A DNA stretch of 64,000 nucleotides from an uncultured Phycisphaerales bacterium (GCA_963755915.1 CAVWLP010000002.1:4928001-4992000); one strand, 5' to 3'. Shown: positions 40,876-54,960, numbered from the stretch's first letter. Numbers and translations: made by a program. Notes: a model not told the origin generated them from the letters alone.

Positions 40876-41865
40876 TCAGTTGGTTTTTAGAAATGATTTC
40901 ATGTCGCGCACGACCTCATCCTGCCGCTGAATGAAACAGAAATGGTCGGTGTCATCCATCTCGACAACGCGTGCAGCAGGGACTTTTTGCTTGAGAGATC
41001 GAATCTGGCTGTGCCACCAATCCATCGCGTGATCGACAATTTGCTGAACGCGGGCGTGATTGGGGTCGCCGGTTGGAGGGACGAAACGCTGGAGCCGGTG
41101 GTCGGCGAAGAAGGCCTGGATGGGGCATCTGAGGGAAGCAAAGTCGCGCGGCGTGGAGAAATAGACGACGCCAAGGGCTTCCCAGGCACTCGCGGGAGTG
41201 GAGGAGCGGGCGGTGATGCCTTGCGGGGTGACGATGCAGGTGGCGCGGAGATCGGCCTCGCAGGCGTCGTTCCAGCCGGGGCGATGGGTTTGGAACCAGT
41301 GGAGAAGCGACGGGAAGTTGGCGCTGTCGGCTGAGGTGCGCTGCGGGGTGATGGATTCGATTTGGCCCAGGAGATCGACAGTCCCAGGCTGGTCGTAGGT
41401 GTAGGCACAATCGAAATAGACGAGCTTATCGACGCGGGTGGGGAAGAGCTGGGCGAAGCCGGTCAACTCAACCTCGGCGAAGGAATGACCGGCGAGGATG
41501 GCGTGGTCGATTTTGAGGGCGTCGAGGAAGCCACGCACGTCCTGGACGAGGGTCATGCCGTCGTAGCCGACGGCGGGCTTATCGGATTTCCCAAACCCGC
41601 GGCGCATGAGCGCCAGCACGTGAAAATGATCGGTGAACTGCGGAGCGATGTCATCGAAAATATGGGCCGTGCTGCCCAGCCCGGCCAGAAACACCAGCGG
41701 CTCTCCGCGACCGCCCCAGTCGAGGTATTCGAGATTGATTCCGTTGACTTGGACGAAGGCTTCTTTGTGCGGGGATTTATCGACCCATTGGCCGGGCGCG
41801 GTCTGGGCGGAAAGAATTCGCGCCTGGACAACAAAGATCAAAATAAAGGCCCCGCGCCAAATCAT
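40876..41865 (-). CDS. Alpha/beta hydrolase, secreted
   Basis: LEYLDWGG, RRGFGKSD, GHSFA nucleophile elbow, C-terminal His. Confidence 0.88.
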   Translation of the reverse strand: MIWRGAFILIFVVQARILSAQTAPGQWVDKSPHKEAFVQVNGINLEYLDWGGRGEPLVFLAGLGSTAHIFDDIAPQFTDHFHVLALMRRGFGKSDKPAVGYDGMTLVQDVRGFLDALKIDHAILAGHSFAEVELTGFAQLFPTRVDKLVYFDCAYTYDQPGTVDLLGQIESITPQRTSADSANFPSLLHWFQTHRPGWNDACEADLRATCIVTPQGITARSSTPASAWEALGVVYFSTPRDFASLRCPIQAFFADHRLQRFVPPTGDPNHARVQQIVDHAMDWWHSQIRSLKQKVPAARVVEMDDTDHFCFIQRQDEVVRDMKSFLKTN

Positions 41866-41891
41866 ATTTTGTCGCTGGATGATAGCGGATT

Positions 41892-42050
41892 TTCACCGCC
41901 GAGAGCGATCAGCCGCGAAGGCATCGACAATGCCCCCACCCCAACCCTCCCCCGGAGTACCAGGGGAGGGGGAAGGCGCTTAGTCTCACACGGCTTGATT
42001 GGTTTCTATTTCTCCGCGCTCTCCGCTTTCTCAAGCGAAGCGGGCGGTGA
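41892..42050. repeat. Composite repeat: family B ends enclosing a family C 40-bp palindrome (41932..41971)
   Basis: ttcaccgc at 41892 and agcgaagcgggcggtgaa ending at 42050, with the 40-mer inside. Confidence 0.7.
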
Positions 42051-42062
42051 ACCTCTTTTTTT

Positions 42063-43895
42063 CTAGTGAATCGCCGGCCTGACGCAAAACGTCGCGGGCA
42101 TCGCCAGCAAAACGGAATCGTGCTGGAGCATTTCGATTTGCAGCAGAGCGGCGTTGATGGCGGCCAGATGTTGGGCGTCGAGGCCGATCAGATACGGCTG
42201 GGCAAGCTTGATGAGCCAATCCGATTTGGGACCAGTCGTGACATTGGCAGTATCACTGTCGTCGCCGGCGGATTGCTCCATCAGTTGCTGGAGGAAATTC
42301 TTGGGTGGTGGAATCGTACGGACGTCATAGTCGGTGATTTTGGCTTCGTCGGCCGCGAAGGCAATCGCGTCAGACAGGGTGCCGATGCGATCGACCAGGC
42401 CGTTATCGACGGCTTGTTCGCCGGTGAAGACTCGGCCGGCGTTGAGATCGGTGAAGGGTTTCTTCAGCTTCCCGGCACGGTTTGCCGTGACGTGATTTTC
42501 GAAGATCGCGACCAGTTCATTGGTGAAGGCCTGCATCTGCTGGCGCTGGTCGGGGGAGAAGACGCTGTCGGTTGCGAGGAGGTCGGCGTTGGCGCCGCGC
42601 TGGTAGGCTTTGAAGGTGACGCCGATCTTGTTCCACATGTCGGTGGTGGCGAATTTGCCGGTGAGTCCGCCGATGGAGGCGGTGAGCGTGGAGGCGTCGG
42701 CAAAGAGGGTGTCAGAGGCGCAGGTGACGTAATATCCCCCGCTGCCGGCGACGTCGCCCATGGAGACGACGAGCGGCTTTTTGGCTTTGAGTCGCTGGGT
42801 GGCGCGGAGAATGATTTCGCTGGCCGTGGCGGAGCCGCCCGGCGAGGCGACGCGCAGAACGACGGCCTTGACGGAATCATCGTCCTGGGCCTGGCGCAGG
42901 GCTTTGACGATGTCGTCCGAGGCGGCCATTTCGCTGGCGAAGAGGCCGGAATTATTTTTGCCGGGGACGATCATGCCATCGATATAAACGATGCCGACGG
43001 CGGGTTTGCCGGTGGAAGAACCGGGGGGATTCATCATCTGCGCGAAGATTTGCATCAGCGCGAAGGGGTTGGAGAAATTGAGCTCGGGCGGTTTCTCCTG
43101 GGCATAGCGCTTATCGAAGACGGCGTCCTGGCCGTACTTGTCTTTGAGCATCGAAGTGAGCTCGGCGCGGTCGAGGATGGAATCAATAAGGCCGGCCTGT
43201 TTGGCTGTGTCCGGAGTATAGAGGGCAGCATCGAACCAGGATTTCACTTGAGTGGCGCCGACGCCGCGGCCGGTGGAGACGAGCTGGATCGCGGTGCCGT
43301 AGAGGGAATCGACGAGCCAGTTGGTCATGGCGTCGGCTTCGGGGCTGGGGCCGTCGCGCATGAAGATTTCGGAGGCGCTTTTGTAGGCGCCGCTGTGGAT
43401 GAAATCGGGCTGGATACCGAGCTTGAGGAGCAGGCCGTGGATGTAGGGTTCGTCGGCATGGATTCCGCCGACCCAGACGATGCTTTCGGGAGCGACGCTG
43501 ATATTGGTGGCGCCGGAGGCGAGGAGATATTGCGCGAACTCCAGCTCGTCGGCGTGAGCGTAGACGTCTTTGCCGCTGTCACGGAGATTCTTCATCGCTT
43601 CGCGCAGCTCTTCGCACTGGGCAATGCCGAAACTGGCGTCGTCCTCGAGGATCACGACGGCTTTGACGGCAGGGTCTTTGGCGGCTTTGTCCATGCGGGA
43701 GACAACATCGCGAAGATTTGGGGGCTGAGGGCCAAAAAGGGCGAGCGAAGCATCGGTTGGTGTTTCGGTCATTTGGCCGGCAAGGTCGAAGACGGGGACG
43801 ATGGGTTTGGGGGGCGGGGCGGATGCGGTTTGGGCGCGGGTGGTGGAGACGGTCAGGAGCAGAATTGAGAGGATGGATACGATGTGCGCGGTCAT
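42063..43895 (-). CDS. sppA: Signal peptide peptidase SppA (long, two-domain)
   Basis: GAYKSA, VVLRVASPGGSA, VSMGDVAGSGGYY and GRVFTGEQA. Confidence 0.92.
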   Translation of the reverse strand: MTAHIVSILSILLLTVSTTRAQTASAPPPKPIVPVFDLAGQMTETPTDASLALFGPQPPNLRDVVSRMDKAAKDPAVKAVVILEDDASFGIAQCEELREAMKNLRDSGKDVYAHADELEFAQYLLASGATNISVAPESIVWVGGIHADEPYIHGLLLKLGIQPDFIHSGAYKSASEIFMRDGPSPEADAMTNWLVDSLYGTAIQLVSTGRGVGATQVKSWFDAALYTPDTAKQAGLIDSILDRAELTSMLKDKYGQDAVFDKRYAQEKPPELNFSNPFALMQIFAQMMNPPGSSTGKPAVGIVYIDGMIVPGKNNSGLFASEMAASDDIVKALRQAQDDDSVKAVVLRVASPGGSATASEIILRATQRLKAKKPLVVSMGDVAGSGGYYVTCASDTLFADASTLTASIGGLTGKFATTDMWNKIGVTFKAYQRGANADLLATDSVFSPDQRQQMQAFTNELVAIFENHVTANRAGKLKKPFTDLNAGRVFTGEQAVDNGLVDRIGTLSDAIAFAADEAKITDYDVRTIPPPKNFLQQLMEQSAGDDSDTANVTTGPKSDWLIKLAQPYLIGLDAQHLAAINAALLQIEMLQHDSVLLAMPATFCVRPAIH

Positions 43896-43988
43896 GGGTG
43901 TTCCTTTCGCTATCAGTTAGACGTAATCGCAGGAAAATAATGACAGAAATCTGTTGGGAAGCAAAAGGGCGGGGCTGAATCGCCGGCT

Positions 43989-46692
<2,704 letters not shown>

Positions 46693-46696
<4 letters not shown>

Positions 46697-47803
46697 TGCA
46701 GGCTTACGACGTTCTTAATTCCCCCGGGCGTCCCGGTCAACAACTCGACCGCCCGATCGATCGGAATCGGCCGGTGATCAGCCTCTCCAAAACGCCGGGC
46801 CAACGTCTGCGAATTCCGAAAGGTCGGTAATCGCATCCATAAACGCCTGTTTTCCGGCATTCACCGTGCCGTAAATCACCTGATTCTTCAGCACAAAATC
46901 GCGCATGAGGCGATCGGTGTCGATGGAGATCGGACCTTTTCTGCCGGGAACTCCGGTGAATATAAACACCGCATTGGTGCCGAGCACGCGCATGACGTCA
47001 AACGCCAGTGACGAAGCCCCTACCGCTTCATAAACGACGTCGATGCCGCCGACAGTCCGGGCCATCTCGTCCACGGAGCTCTGGTCCGAGGAAATGTATT
47101 TCGCGCCGATGGCCGAGCAGAGATCGGCGCGAGGATTGGGAACTGCGGATTTTCGAATAAACAAACGTCTGAAACCCGCGTACTGCCAGCGCCATGGCCC
47201 CCAGCAGCCCAACCGGACCCGCGCCGAGCACAAGCGCTTTATGACAGTAGTTGGACGGCCGGCCGGGTTGGGTTGCACAGGCCCAGGGAACCGCGCCTGC
47301 ACCTGCCATAATTGTTCGATGGCTTTCTGGGCGATGGTAAGGGGCTCGACGAGAACGGCGACATTCCGCAGATCGGGCGGAACGAGATTCATATATATTT
47401 CGTCATCGACGACCAACTCAGTCATATACCCATGCCGGCCTTTAATGCCGCGCTCCGTGAAATCGCCGGTGTAACAAAAATCCTGGCGGCCCGCGCGGCA
47501 GGCCACGCATTCGGGATGATCGCATGGGCGGCGCACCATCGTCACTACAAGATCCCCCCTCTTCAGCGATTTCACCTCCGCACCCGTTTCCACAACTTCA
47601 CCGAGCGATTCATGCCCGATGACCAGATAGTCCGATCCCGTCGGAGGCGTGCCGTACTGGAACGTAACGATTTCCTTGTCGGTGCCGCAAATCCCAATGT
47701 CGATCATCCGAAGCTTCACATCCGAGGGCGAGCCGATTGACGGCTCGGGGTGATCGATGAGTTTCACCTGCCGGCTGGATGGAAAAACGGCGACGGCTTT
47801 CAC
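46693..47803 (-). CDS. Zn-dependent glucose 1-dehydrogenase-like MDR enzyme (frameshifts)
   Basis: [28 protein letters not shown] and GTVNA; ATGA overlap with GH63. Confidence 0.88.
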
Positions 47804-48024
47804 TGAGGATCTCCTTAGCCCAAACAGGCACTATAGCGTGAGCCTTGGTACCTGGGAGCGTTATCATCGCTCGCATAATTTGCGACATCGCGATCGCGTT
47901 TTACGACACACAATGAAATTTTCTTGCCTTAAATGCACCGGCAATTTAGGCTGATGCCCCGTCTTCAGGGCATCATTCGATTGCCCGGCTCCGAGTCATT
48001 TTAACTATCGGAAAGGTGGAAGAT

Positions 48025-49119
48025 ATGCGCCTCACAACTTCTACGAAATCCCGACTTATCCTGGCATTTGCCGCAGCCGCCGGCCTGCGACTCCTCTCGG
48101 GCGCGGGATTTTGCATGGGTCAGTCCAGTTCGATCACGTCTTACGACCTCGATGGAAGCGTTCTCCAGACAATCGACATTTACGGAGAGGTGGACGAAAT
48201 CGCCTACGACAGCGACGGGAATGCTTTGGTCGCCGGCGTGAATGACATCGGAGGAAATCCCATCAGCAGCCAGATCAATACTTACGACGCGGATGGGAAC
48301 CTGCTTACATCCGTCGATGGCGACGGCAACATCACCCAGATGACATACGATGCCGACAATGTCCGCACCGACGTGACCACCACCAACGATAATGTCCATT
48401 ATACAACGACGGAATATGACGCCGACGGCAACGTGATCAGAAGCATCGATTCATCGGGGACGATAACCTCGACGACGTACGACACGGACGATAATCGTCT
48501 GGAGGTGACCACCGAGGGCGGGACAAACAATTTCACTACGACTCAATACGATCCTGACGGGAATGTCATCGAAACCATCGACGGCGAGGGAAACGTCACG
48601 CATACGCTATACGATGCCGATGACGATCGCACGGTTCAGGTTACGCAGGACAGCCCATCTCAATTCACCACCGTTGAGTACGACAAAGATGGAAGCGTAG
48701 TGTCGTCATACGATGGGACGGGAAACGTAACCGAGACCGCCTACGATTCGGACGACGATCGAGTCGATCTGATCACGCAAAGCGGGCCGAATTACACAAT
48801 GACTTCCTATGATTTGGAGGGGAACGTCATTCAGTCGGTGGACGGCGACGGCAATGTGACCTCCATCACCTACGATTCCGACAGCAATCGCATCGCAGTG
48901 CTGACGCAGGATGGGCCCGCGAATTACACGATGACAACCTACGATAGCGATGGAAATGTCATCCAATCGGTGGACGGGGACGGGATGGTGACATCGACGG
49001 CCTATGATTCGGTGGGCAATGAGATTTATGTCGCGGCGACTTTGCCGGAGCCGGCGTCGTTTGGGGCTGTAGGGGTGCTGGTTGCAGGATTGGTGATGAG
49101 GAGACGCAGGGGAGCTTAA
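48025..49119 (+). CDS. PEP-CTERM protein composed of YD/RHS-like repeats
   Basis: Signal peptide; seven ~44-aa units each with two YD motifs; C-terminal LPEPAS + TM + RRRR. Confidence 0.85.
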   Translation: MRLTTSTKSRLILAFAAAAGLRLLSGAGFCMGQSSSITSYDLDGSVLQTIDIYGEVDEIAYDSDGNALVAGVNDIGGNPISSQINTYDADGNLLTSVDGDGNITQMTYDADNVRTDVTTTNDNVHYTTTEYDADGNVIRSIDSSGTITSTTYDTDDNRLEVTTEGGTNNFTTTQYDPDGNVIETIDGEGNVTHTLYDADDDRTVQVTQDSPSQFTTVEYDKDGSVVSSYDGTGNVTETAYDSDDDRVDLITQSGPNYTMTSYDLEGNVIQSVDGDGNVTSITYDSDSNRIAVLTQDGPANYTMTTYDSDGNVIQSVDGDGMVTSTAYDSVGNEIYVAATLPEPASFGAVGVLVAGLVMRRRRGA

Positions 49120-49120
49120 T

Positions 49121-49674
49121 CTACGGGCGCTTGAATATTCGGGCGATCGGGAGCACGAATCCCGGGAGCGCTGGTTCGCCGATGATTTCGTCCGTGGCTG
49201 TCAATCGAATGGCGGGTGCGGCTGCTCGATAGATTGTTACTGTCATCGTTTTCGGGTCAGTGACCCAGCACGAAGTCGCACCGTGAACGAGCCACATGTT
49301 TATCTTTTCCGCAGCTTCGCGTTTGGTGTCATCGGGCGAGAGAACTTCCACGGCCAGATCGGGCACTCCGGGAAAATATTTCTGCCAGCCCCCCGCGGGA
49401 ATTCTGTTTTTTCGAACAAAGGCGGCATCCGGGCGCGAACCAAGTCCGGGTCCGATTCCAGTTTAAATCCCGTTTCCGCGCCTAAAACCGCGCCCAGATC
49501 ATTTTGCTCTACAAACTCGCCCAGAAATCGAGCCATTCGCGCCGCCACAATCCCATGATCAAAACCGGCTGGACTCATCTTGATTAATTCCCCATAAATG
49601 AGCTCGCACCGACCGATATCGCCCATCTTGAGCAACTCATCGGCCGTGACAAGTTTTGTCGAAGTGCTGCTCAC
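49121..49674 (-). CDS. Uma2-family endonuclease (frameshifted)
   Basis: CELIYGELIKMSPAG..H, ETGF and PDLAVEVLSPDD. Confidence 0.88.
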
Positions 49675-49675
49675 G

Positions 49676-50767
49676 CTAATGCCCCTTCCCAAAAAACGTC
49701 TTGATCGAATCGTAAATATCGTCCTTCGAATTCACCCGGCTGGTCAGCACCTTCTCGTGATTGCGAAGATGCTCATGCAGCACGTTGATGAAGTTCCCCG
49801 AACCATACGCGCTGGCCACCTGGCAATACCCGAACATATTGCAGACCGGCAAAAGCTGCTCTTTCAGCAGCTTCACGCAGTCGCGGCTGTCGGCCTCGGA
49901 GCTGTTGTCACCGTCGCTGAAATGGAAGAGATAGATGTTCCACTCCTCCGGCGAATAATGCGCATCGAGCAATGCCTTGGCCGTGCGGAATGCGCTGCTG
50001 ATCTTGGTGCCGCCGTCTTCGCGAAGATGATAAAACGTGTGCTTGTCGACTTCCTTGGCCTGCACGTCGTGCACGATGTAGCGTGATTCGATCCCCTCGT
50101 AATTTTTTCGCAGCCAGGTATCAATCCAGAAGCTTTCCAGCCGCACCAGCTCTTTCTGCTCTTCGCCCATCGAACCCGATACGTCCATCATAAAAACAAT
50201 AACCGCGTTGGACTGCGGTGATTTAATTTCCTTCCAGCTTCGATAGCGGATGTCCTTCCGCTGCGGCACGATCATCGGAAAATCGGGATCGTAATCCCCG
50301 ATCATGATCTGCCGCTTCAGCGCTTCCTTGAACGACCGCTTGAAATGGCGCAGCGATTCAGGACCAACCCGCCGAATCCCGCTGTACTTGTCGCGAATGG
50401 TGGTGATCCGATGCTTTCCCTTGGGATCGATGCGCGGCAGCTTCAATTCCTCGGCAAGAATCTCCGCCAGCTCGTCCAGCGTAAGATCGACTTCCATGAT
50501 GTGCTGGCCCGCCTCGGTCCCGCCGGAAAGCTTGTTCCCTTTGCCGACAACATCCCCTTCCTTCCCGTCGCCCGCTCCCACACCGGCCGAGTTGTCGCCG
50601 TACCGGAAATGCGGCAGCTCGATCCCGCGCAGCGGGATGCTGATCAGGTGCTTGCCTTCCTTGCCAATGAGTTCGCCCTTGGTCAGAAATTTGCGCAGGT
50701 CGTCCCGGATCCGGCCCTTCACAATCTGCCGGAAACGCTGATGATCTTTTTCGATTTTGAGGATCAT
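49676..50767 (-). CDS. YeaH/YhbH (DUF444) family protein
   Basis: DHQRFRQIVKG, MMDVSGSM, GGTKISSA and WNIYLFHFSDGDN. Confidence 0.92.
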   Translation of the reverse strand: MILKIEKDHQRFRQIVKGRIRDDLRKFLTKGELIGKEGKHLISIPLRGIELPHFRYGDNSAGVGAGDGKEGDVVGKGNKLSGGTEAGQHIMEVDLTLDELAEILAEELKLPRIDPKGKHRITTIRDKYSGIRRVGPESLRHFKRSFKEALKRQIMIGDYDPDFPMIVPQRKDIRYRSWKEIKSPQSNAVIVFMMDVSGSMGEEQKELVRLESFWIDTWLRKNYEGIESRYIVHDVQAKEVDKHTFYHLREDGGTKISSAFRTAKALLDAHYSPEEWNIYLFHFSDGDNSSEADSRDCVKLLKEQLLPVCNMFGYCQVASAYGSGNFINVLHEHLRNHEKVLTSRVNSKDDIYDSIKTFFGKGH

Positions 50768-50979
50768 GGGTTTGTTTGTTCCGTGTTCTCAAAAGCAACG
50801 ATCTGGCTCAGGCGTAATACCGCTTTTCGGTCCGAGCGGGGAAAATAATAGTCCAACTGGGTTCGCCCGATTGCAACCTGATAGGGGCTGCTGACTTCGT
50901 AGCTGTGGCCGCTTGCCAGCACAATTCGAAAGTTGGCAAACGGCTCGCGATCAAGAAATTCCTTCAGATCATCCAGCAT
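50764..50979 (-). CDS. Small hypothetical protein
   Basis: REPFANFRIVLASGHSYEV; ATGA overlap with yeaH. Confidence 0.7.
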   Translation of the reverse strand: MLDDLKEFLDREPFANFRIVLASGHSYEVSSPYQVAIGRTQLDYYFPRSDRKAVLRLSQIVAFENTEQTNP

Positions 50980-50994
50980 CCGAAATCTCCGCTA

Positions 50995-51225
50995 TCAGGT
51001 CACCTTCCTCGATAATAGGTATAGCCCAATCAGCAAAACCAGCCCCGACCCGGCCCATCCCAGGATTGTGCCCGGCAAATGCCAGTTCGCCAGATCCACG
51101 GGATTCTCCCCGCGGCTCCAGCGCAGCGCCAGCCCGTAGCGAGGGTCCGTAATCCAAAAAAACGCGATCCCCAAAACTCCCACGAGCACCAGCGAATACC
51201 CGGAACGGCGGTTGAATCGACGCAT
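50995..51225 (-). CDS. Small two-TM membrane protein
   Basis: Two hydrophobic helices; start overlaps the prkA stop. Confidence 0.65.
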   Translation of the reverse strand: MRRFNRRSGYSLVLVGVLGIAFFWITDPRYGLALRWSRGENPVDLANWHLPGTILGWAGSGLVLLIGLYLLSRKVT

Positions 51226-53301
51226 TACTCGTCCTGCTTGGAATCTCCCCGGGCAAAGATGCTCGCGACATAGTTCAGCACGTCGGTTGCGCTGGTCTCG
51301 TTATACCCGAAATATTTGATCAGCCGCTGCTTCACCACGTCGATCTTCTGCTGCGTCTCATCGTCAACCACACTGCTGACCAGGTTTTTCAGCTTGATCG
51401 TGTCGCGCTGGTCTTCAAACAGTTTCAGTTCCAGGGCTTTCAGCAGCCGGGCGTTGGTGTTGTATTCAAACTTTTTGCCATCCAGGGCCAGTGCGCCGAT
51501 GTAGTTCATGATTTCCTGCCGGAAATCATCCTTGCGGCTCTCTGGAATATCGATCTTGTCCTCGATCGAGCGCATGAGCCGTTCATCCGGGTCCTCATCG
51601 CGGCCGGTGTAGCGATTCCGCACCCGTTCATGCTGCGTGTACGCCCGGACGTTTTCGATGTAATTGGCGGCCAGCCGCTTGATCGCGTCCTCATCAGCGC
51701 TGATGGCCCGCTGGACTTCGCCCTTGAGAATGTCCTCATATTCCTCGCGAACCACGGCCAGCAGCTCCTTGTACTCTTTTTTCAACTCTTCATCGGTAAT
51801 CAGCGAATGGTGGCTCAGCCCGCCTTCGAGTTCGTTCATCACCATAAACGGGTTGATCGACTTATCGAGCTGTGCCTGGTGGCTCACCAGCGAATTGCTG
51901 ATCTTGTCCTGGATATAACGCGGGCTGATCCCCTGCATCCCCTCGCGCGGGGCTTCTTCCTTCAGCTCCTTGATGCTGTCCTCGGTAAACCCGGGAATGC
52001 TCTTGCCGTTATACAGCTTCATCTTCTGCATCTTGGTGATGCCGGCCTTTTTCGGCTCCGCAAGGCGAGTCAGCACCGCCCACATCGCGGCCACTTCAAT
52101 CGTATGCGGCGCAATGTGAATACCCTTGATCCGCTCCGGCCCGAAATCTTTCAGGTAAATCTTCACTTCATCATCGAGGCGGATGTTGTATGGCACGTCG
52201 ATCTTGATCGTGCGGTCGCGGAACGCCTCCATCATTTCGTTGCCCTGGAGGCGCTTATATTCCGGCTCATTCGTGTGGCCGAGAATGACCTCGTCGATAT
52301 AGGTCTGGGCAAACTTTTTGGGCTTGATGAGATGCTCCTGGCTGGCGCCGAGCAGGTCGTACAAAAATGCGACGTCCAGCTTCAACACTTCGATGAATTC
52401 GACAATTCCGCGATTGGCAATGTTCAGCTCGCCGTCGAAATTGAACGCCCGCGGATCCGAATCCGATCCAAACTCGGCGATCTTTCGATAGTTGATATCG
52501 CCGGTCAGTTCTGTGCTGTCCTGGTTCTTCTCATCCTTGGGCTGGAACGTCCCGATGCCGCGGCGGTCCTTTTCGGAAAGGATCAGCCGCTTCACCTTCA
52601 CGTGCTCCATCACCTTCTTCCAGTCGCCGCCATAGTTTTCCTGCAGGTCCCCGTAGATCTTCCGGCAGAAGGGGCAGACATCGCCAAACAGCCGAATCTT
52701 ACGCCCGTCCGGGAGCTTTTCGTTGATGGCTTCGAGAACATCGTGCCGCGCTTCGCGCGGAATCAGCAGCAGCGGCTCTTCGTGCATCGGGCATTCGAGG
52801 TATTGCTCCCCCTCATCACCGCCCGGGCCGCGATGGTGCACGCGCCACATATAGGTATAGCACCGCCCCGCTTCGCCGCGGCTGTAATTCTCGAGCCCTT
52901 TCTTCAGGAGCCGTGCGATCGTCGATTTGCTGGAACCTACCGGCCCATGAAGCAGCAGAATTCGCTTTTCCGTGCCATACCCCTGCGCCGCCGATTTAAA
53001 GAAATCGACGAGCTGCATCAGCGGCCGCTCTAAACCGAAGATCGCGTCTGCGCCGCTGATCGATTGGGTCGGCGAAAAACTTGTACCGGTTGTATTCCTG
53101 TTTGAACTGGGTGTACGACTCGCTCCCGTACGTCAAAATCATGTCGTACACGCGCTGAAACGCATTGCGGGCGACGACCGGCGTTTCCACAACAAGGTCG
53201 AGATACTCCCAAAGCGACCCCTCCCAGTGCTGTTCCCGGAAGTTCGAAACATCCAGCTTCTTATCGATCAACGATACCAATGAATTTGTTTTTGGAGGCA
53301 T
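51225..53301 (-). CDS. prkA: PrkA/YeaG-family AAA serine protein kinase (frameshift near 53055)
   Basis: [42 protein letters not shown] and GISPRY. Confidence 0.92.
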
Positions 53302-53664
53302 GGCCAGGCTTACTCCGTTTAAAAGACGACCAGCGGACGCAATATTCGCTCTTTAATTACCATCCCAGTGCAAACGTGGAGTTGCACGCCCGGTTCTTTT
53401 AAACATCATCGACCGGATCGAGACAATTCCATTGCGAAAGAGCGAGGCCCGGAGTGGATTTTCCGGCGATCGGCTGGTGCCCGTGGTCCAGAAATATCTG
53501 CCGACCCCACAGCTTACCGCCTGTCCTTATAACTGTCTACGATGAAACGCTTATCCGGTTTCCCTTTCAGGCCTTATAAACCGCCAAAAAAAAAAAAATC
53601 CCCGAAGTTGTTACGCTTCGGGGACAGTCCCGCATTTTCAAGCCCCGCGACGGCAGGTTCGCGG

Positions 53665-54947
53665 TTACGCGGTTTTGACAATCGGCAGCATCGGATACTG
53701 ATCCCCCAGAATCGGCTTGCTGGGCGTCTCCAGCCAATTCTGCAGAATACTCGCATAGACCGACCGGAAATCGACCACATACTTGAGGTCTCCCTGATCC
53801 AGGTCCGACAGCGACGGATGCGGGCTCACGATCCCCTGCCGAATGCTCGAACCCATCACCAACATCGGCGCGGCCGCGCCGTGATCGGTGCCGTTGCTCG
53901 CATTCTCCACCACGCGCCGACCAAATTCGCTGAAGGTCATCGCCAGCACCCGGTCGTCGTTCTTCTGCTGCTTCATATCTTTCCAGAACGCCCCCAGCCC
54001 ATCGGACAACTGCTTCATCAGCGCATCATGCCGCGGGAGCTGTTGTGCGTGCGTATCGAATCCGCCCAGGGCGACATAATAAACCCGCGTCGGCAACCCG
54101 CCCGCAATCATCGCCGCCACCGTCTTCAGATCGTTTCCAAACTCAGTGGCCGGATACGCCACCGGCGACGCGTGGTTCCGCGTGAGCCGCAAAATCTGCT
54201 CGCTGCTGAGCTGGGCATCCATCGCCGTCCGATGCAAGAAAGTCGAGCTGCGAGCGACGGCGTAATCTGCGATCGGCACTCGCACCGCCCGGCGGCAGAT
54301 CCTCATGGTTAAGCTTGAGATATATTCGACCTTCGTCCCGCCCGTTGTACCGATAACTGTCCGGCCGCTCGAAACTCAGCGGGAGCACCTTCTCCCCCTG
54401 CATCGCCAGCGGCAATGTCTTCCCCAATCGCAATCCCCACCTTCGGATCGCAACCCGGGCAGGTGTTATCGAAATATCGCCCTAGCCACCCGCTGTCCGG
54501 CTGCGGCCGCTCCGGCTCGGCGCTCTGCCAGATATCCATCGCCCGGAAGTGCGACCGGTTCGGGTTCGGATATCCCACTCCCTGCACAATCCCCAAATCC
54601 CCGCTGTCATACATATCTTTCAGCGACGTGAGATTCGGATGCAGCCCGACGTAATTATCGATCTTGAGAATCTGGTTCGCCGGATGCGAAATTCTCGTGC
54701 GCGCCCGGTAATAGGCGTCATCGCCATACGGGATCACCATGCTCAGCCCGTCATTTCCCCCGGAAAGCTGCACAACGACCAGGATCTTCCCATCCTTCCC
54801 CGAAGGCTGCTGCGTTAGCGTGCTATCCAGCGGATTGTTCAGCGCCAGCACCGTCTGATCGAGAAACGTCGGGATCGTCGGCGCAACCGCCAGAAGCGTC
54901 AGACCCTTCTGCAAAAAGAAACGCCGGGTGGAGACATTCTTATCCAT
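53665..54947 (-). CDS. DUF1501 protein with Tat-like signal (frameshifts near 54250-54330)
   Basis: TRRFFL, QLSGGNDGL, NRSHFRAMDIW, GGFDTH, SEFGRR and GTDHG. Confidence 0.9.
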
Positions 54948-54960
54948 GGCTGCTCCTGCT

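Noticed and set aside
42066-43868. 600-aa antisense ORF over sppA (likewise 12830..14077, 51630..53033, 33778..34938)
   Set aside because: Shadow ORFs expected from GC-rich codon bias; no recognisable motifs.
47952-47976. 9-bp hairpin upstream of the YD-repeat gene
   Set aside because: Single copy with no U-tail and no second site, so no role can be assigned.
48130-49030. Periodic ~132-bp DNA repeats as a possible CRISPR or non-coding array
   Set aside because: The repeats are degenerate at the DNA level, stay in frame and are explained by protein YD repeats.
48025-49674. RHS toxin-immunity pair (YD protein plus Uma2)
   Set aside because: The genes are convergent, and the YD protein has no RHS core or toxin tip.
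53586-53598. A13 homopolymer as a phase-variation tract
   Set aside because: Intergenic, homopolymer length is unreliable in this data, and it is probably a terminator tail.
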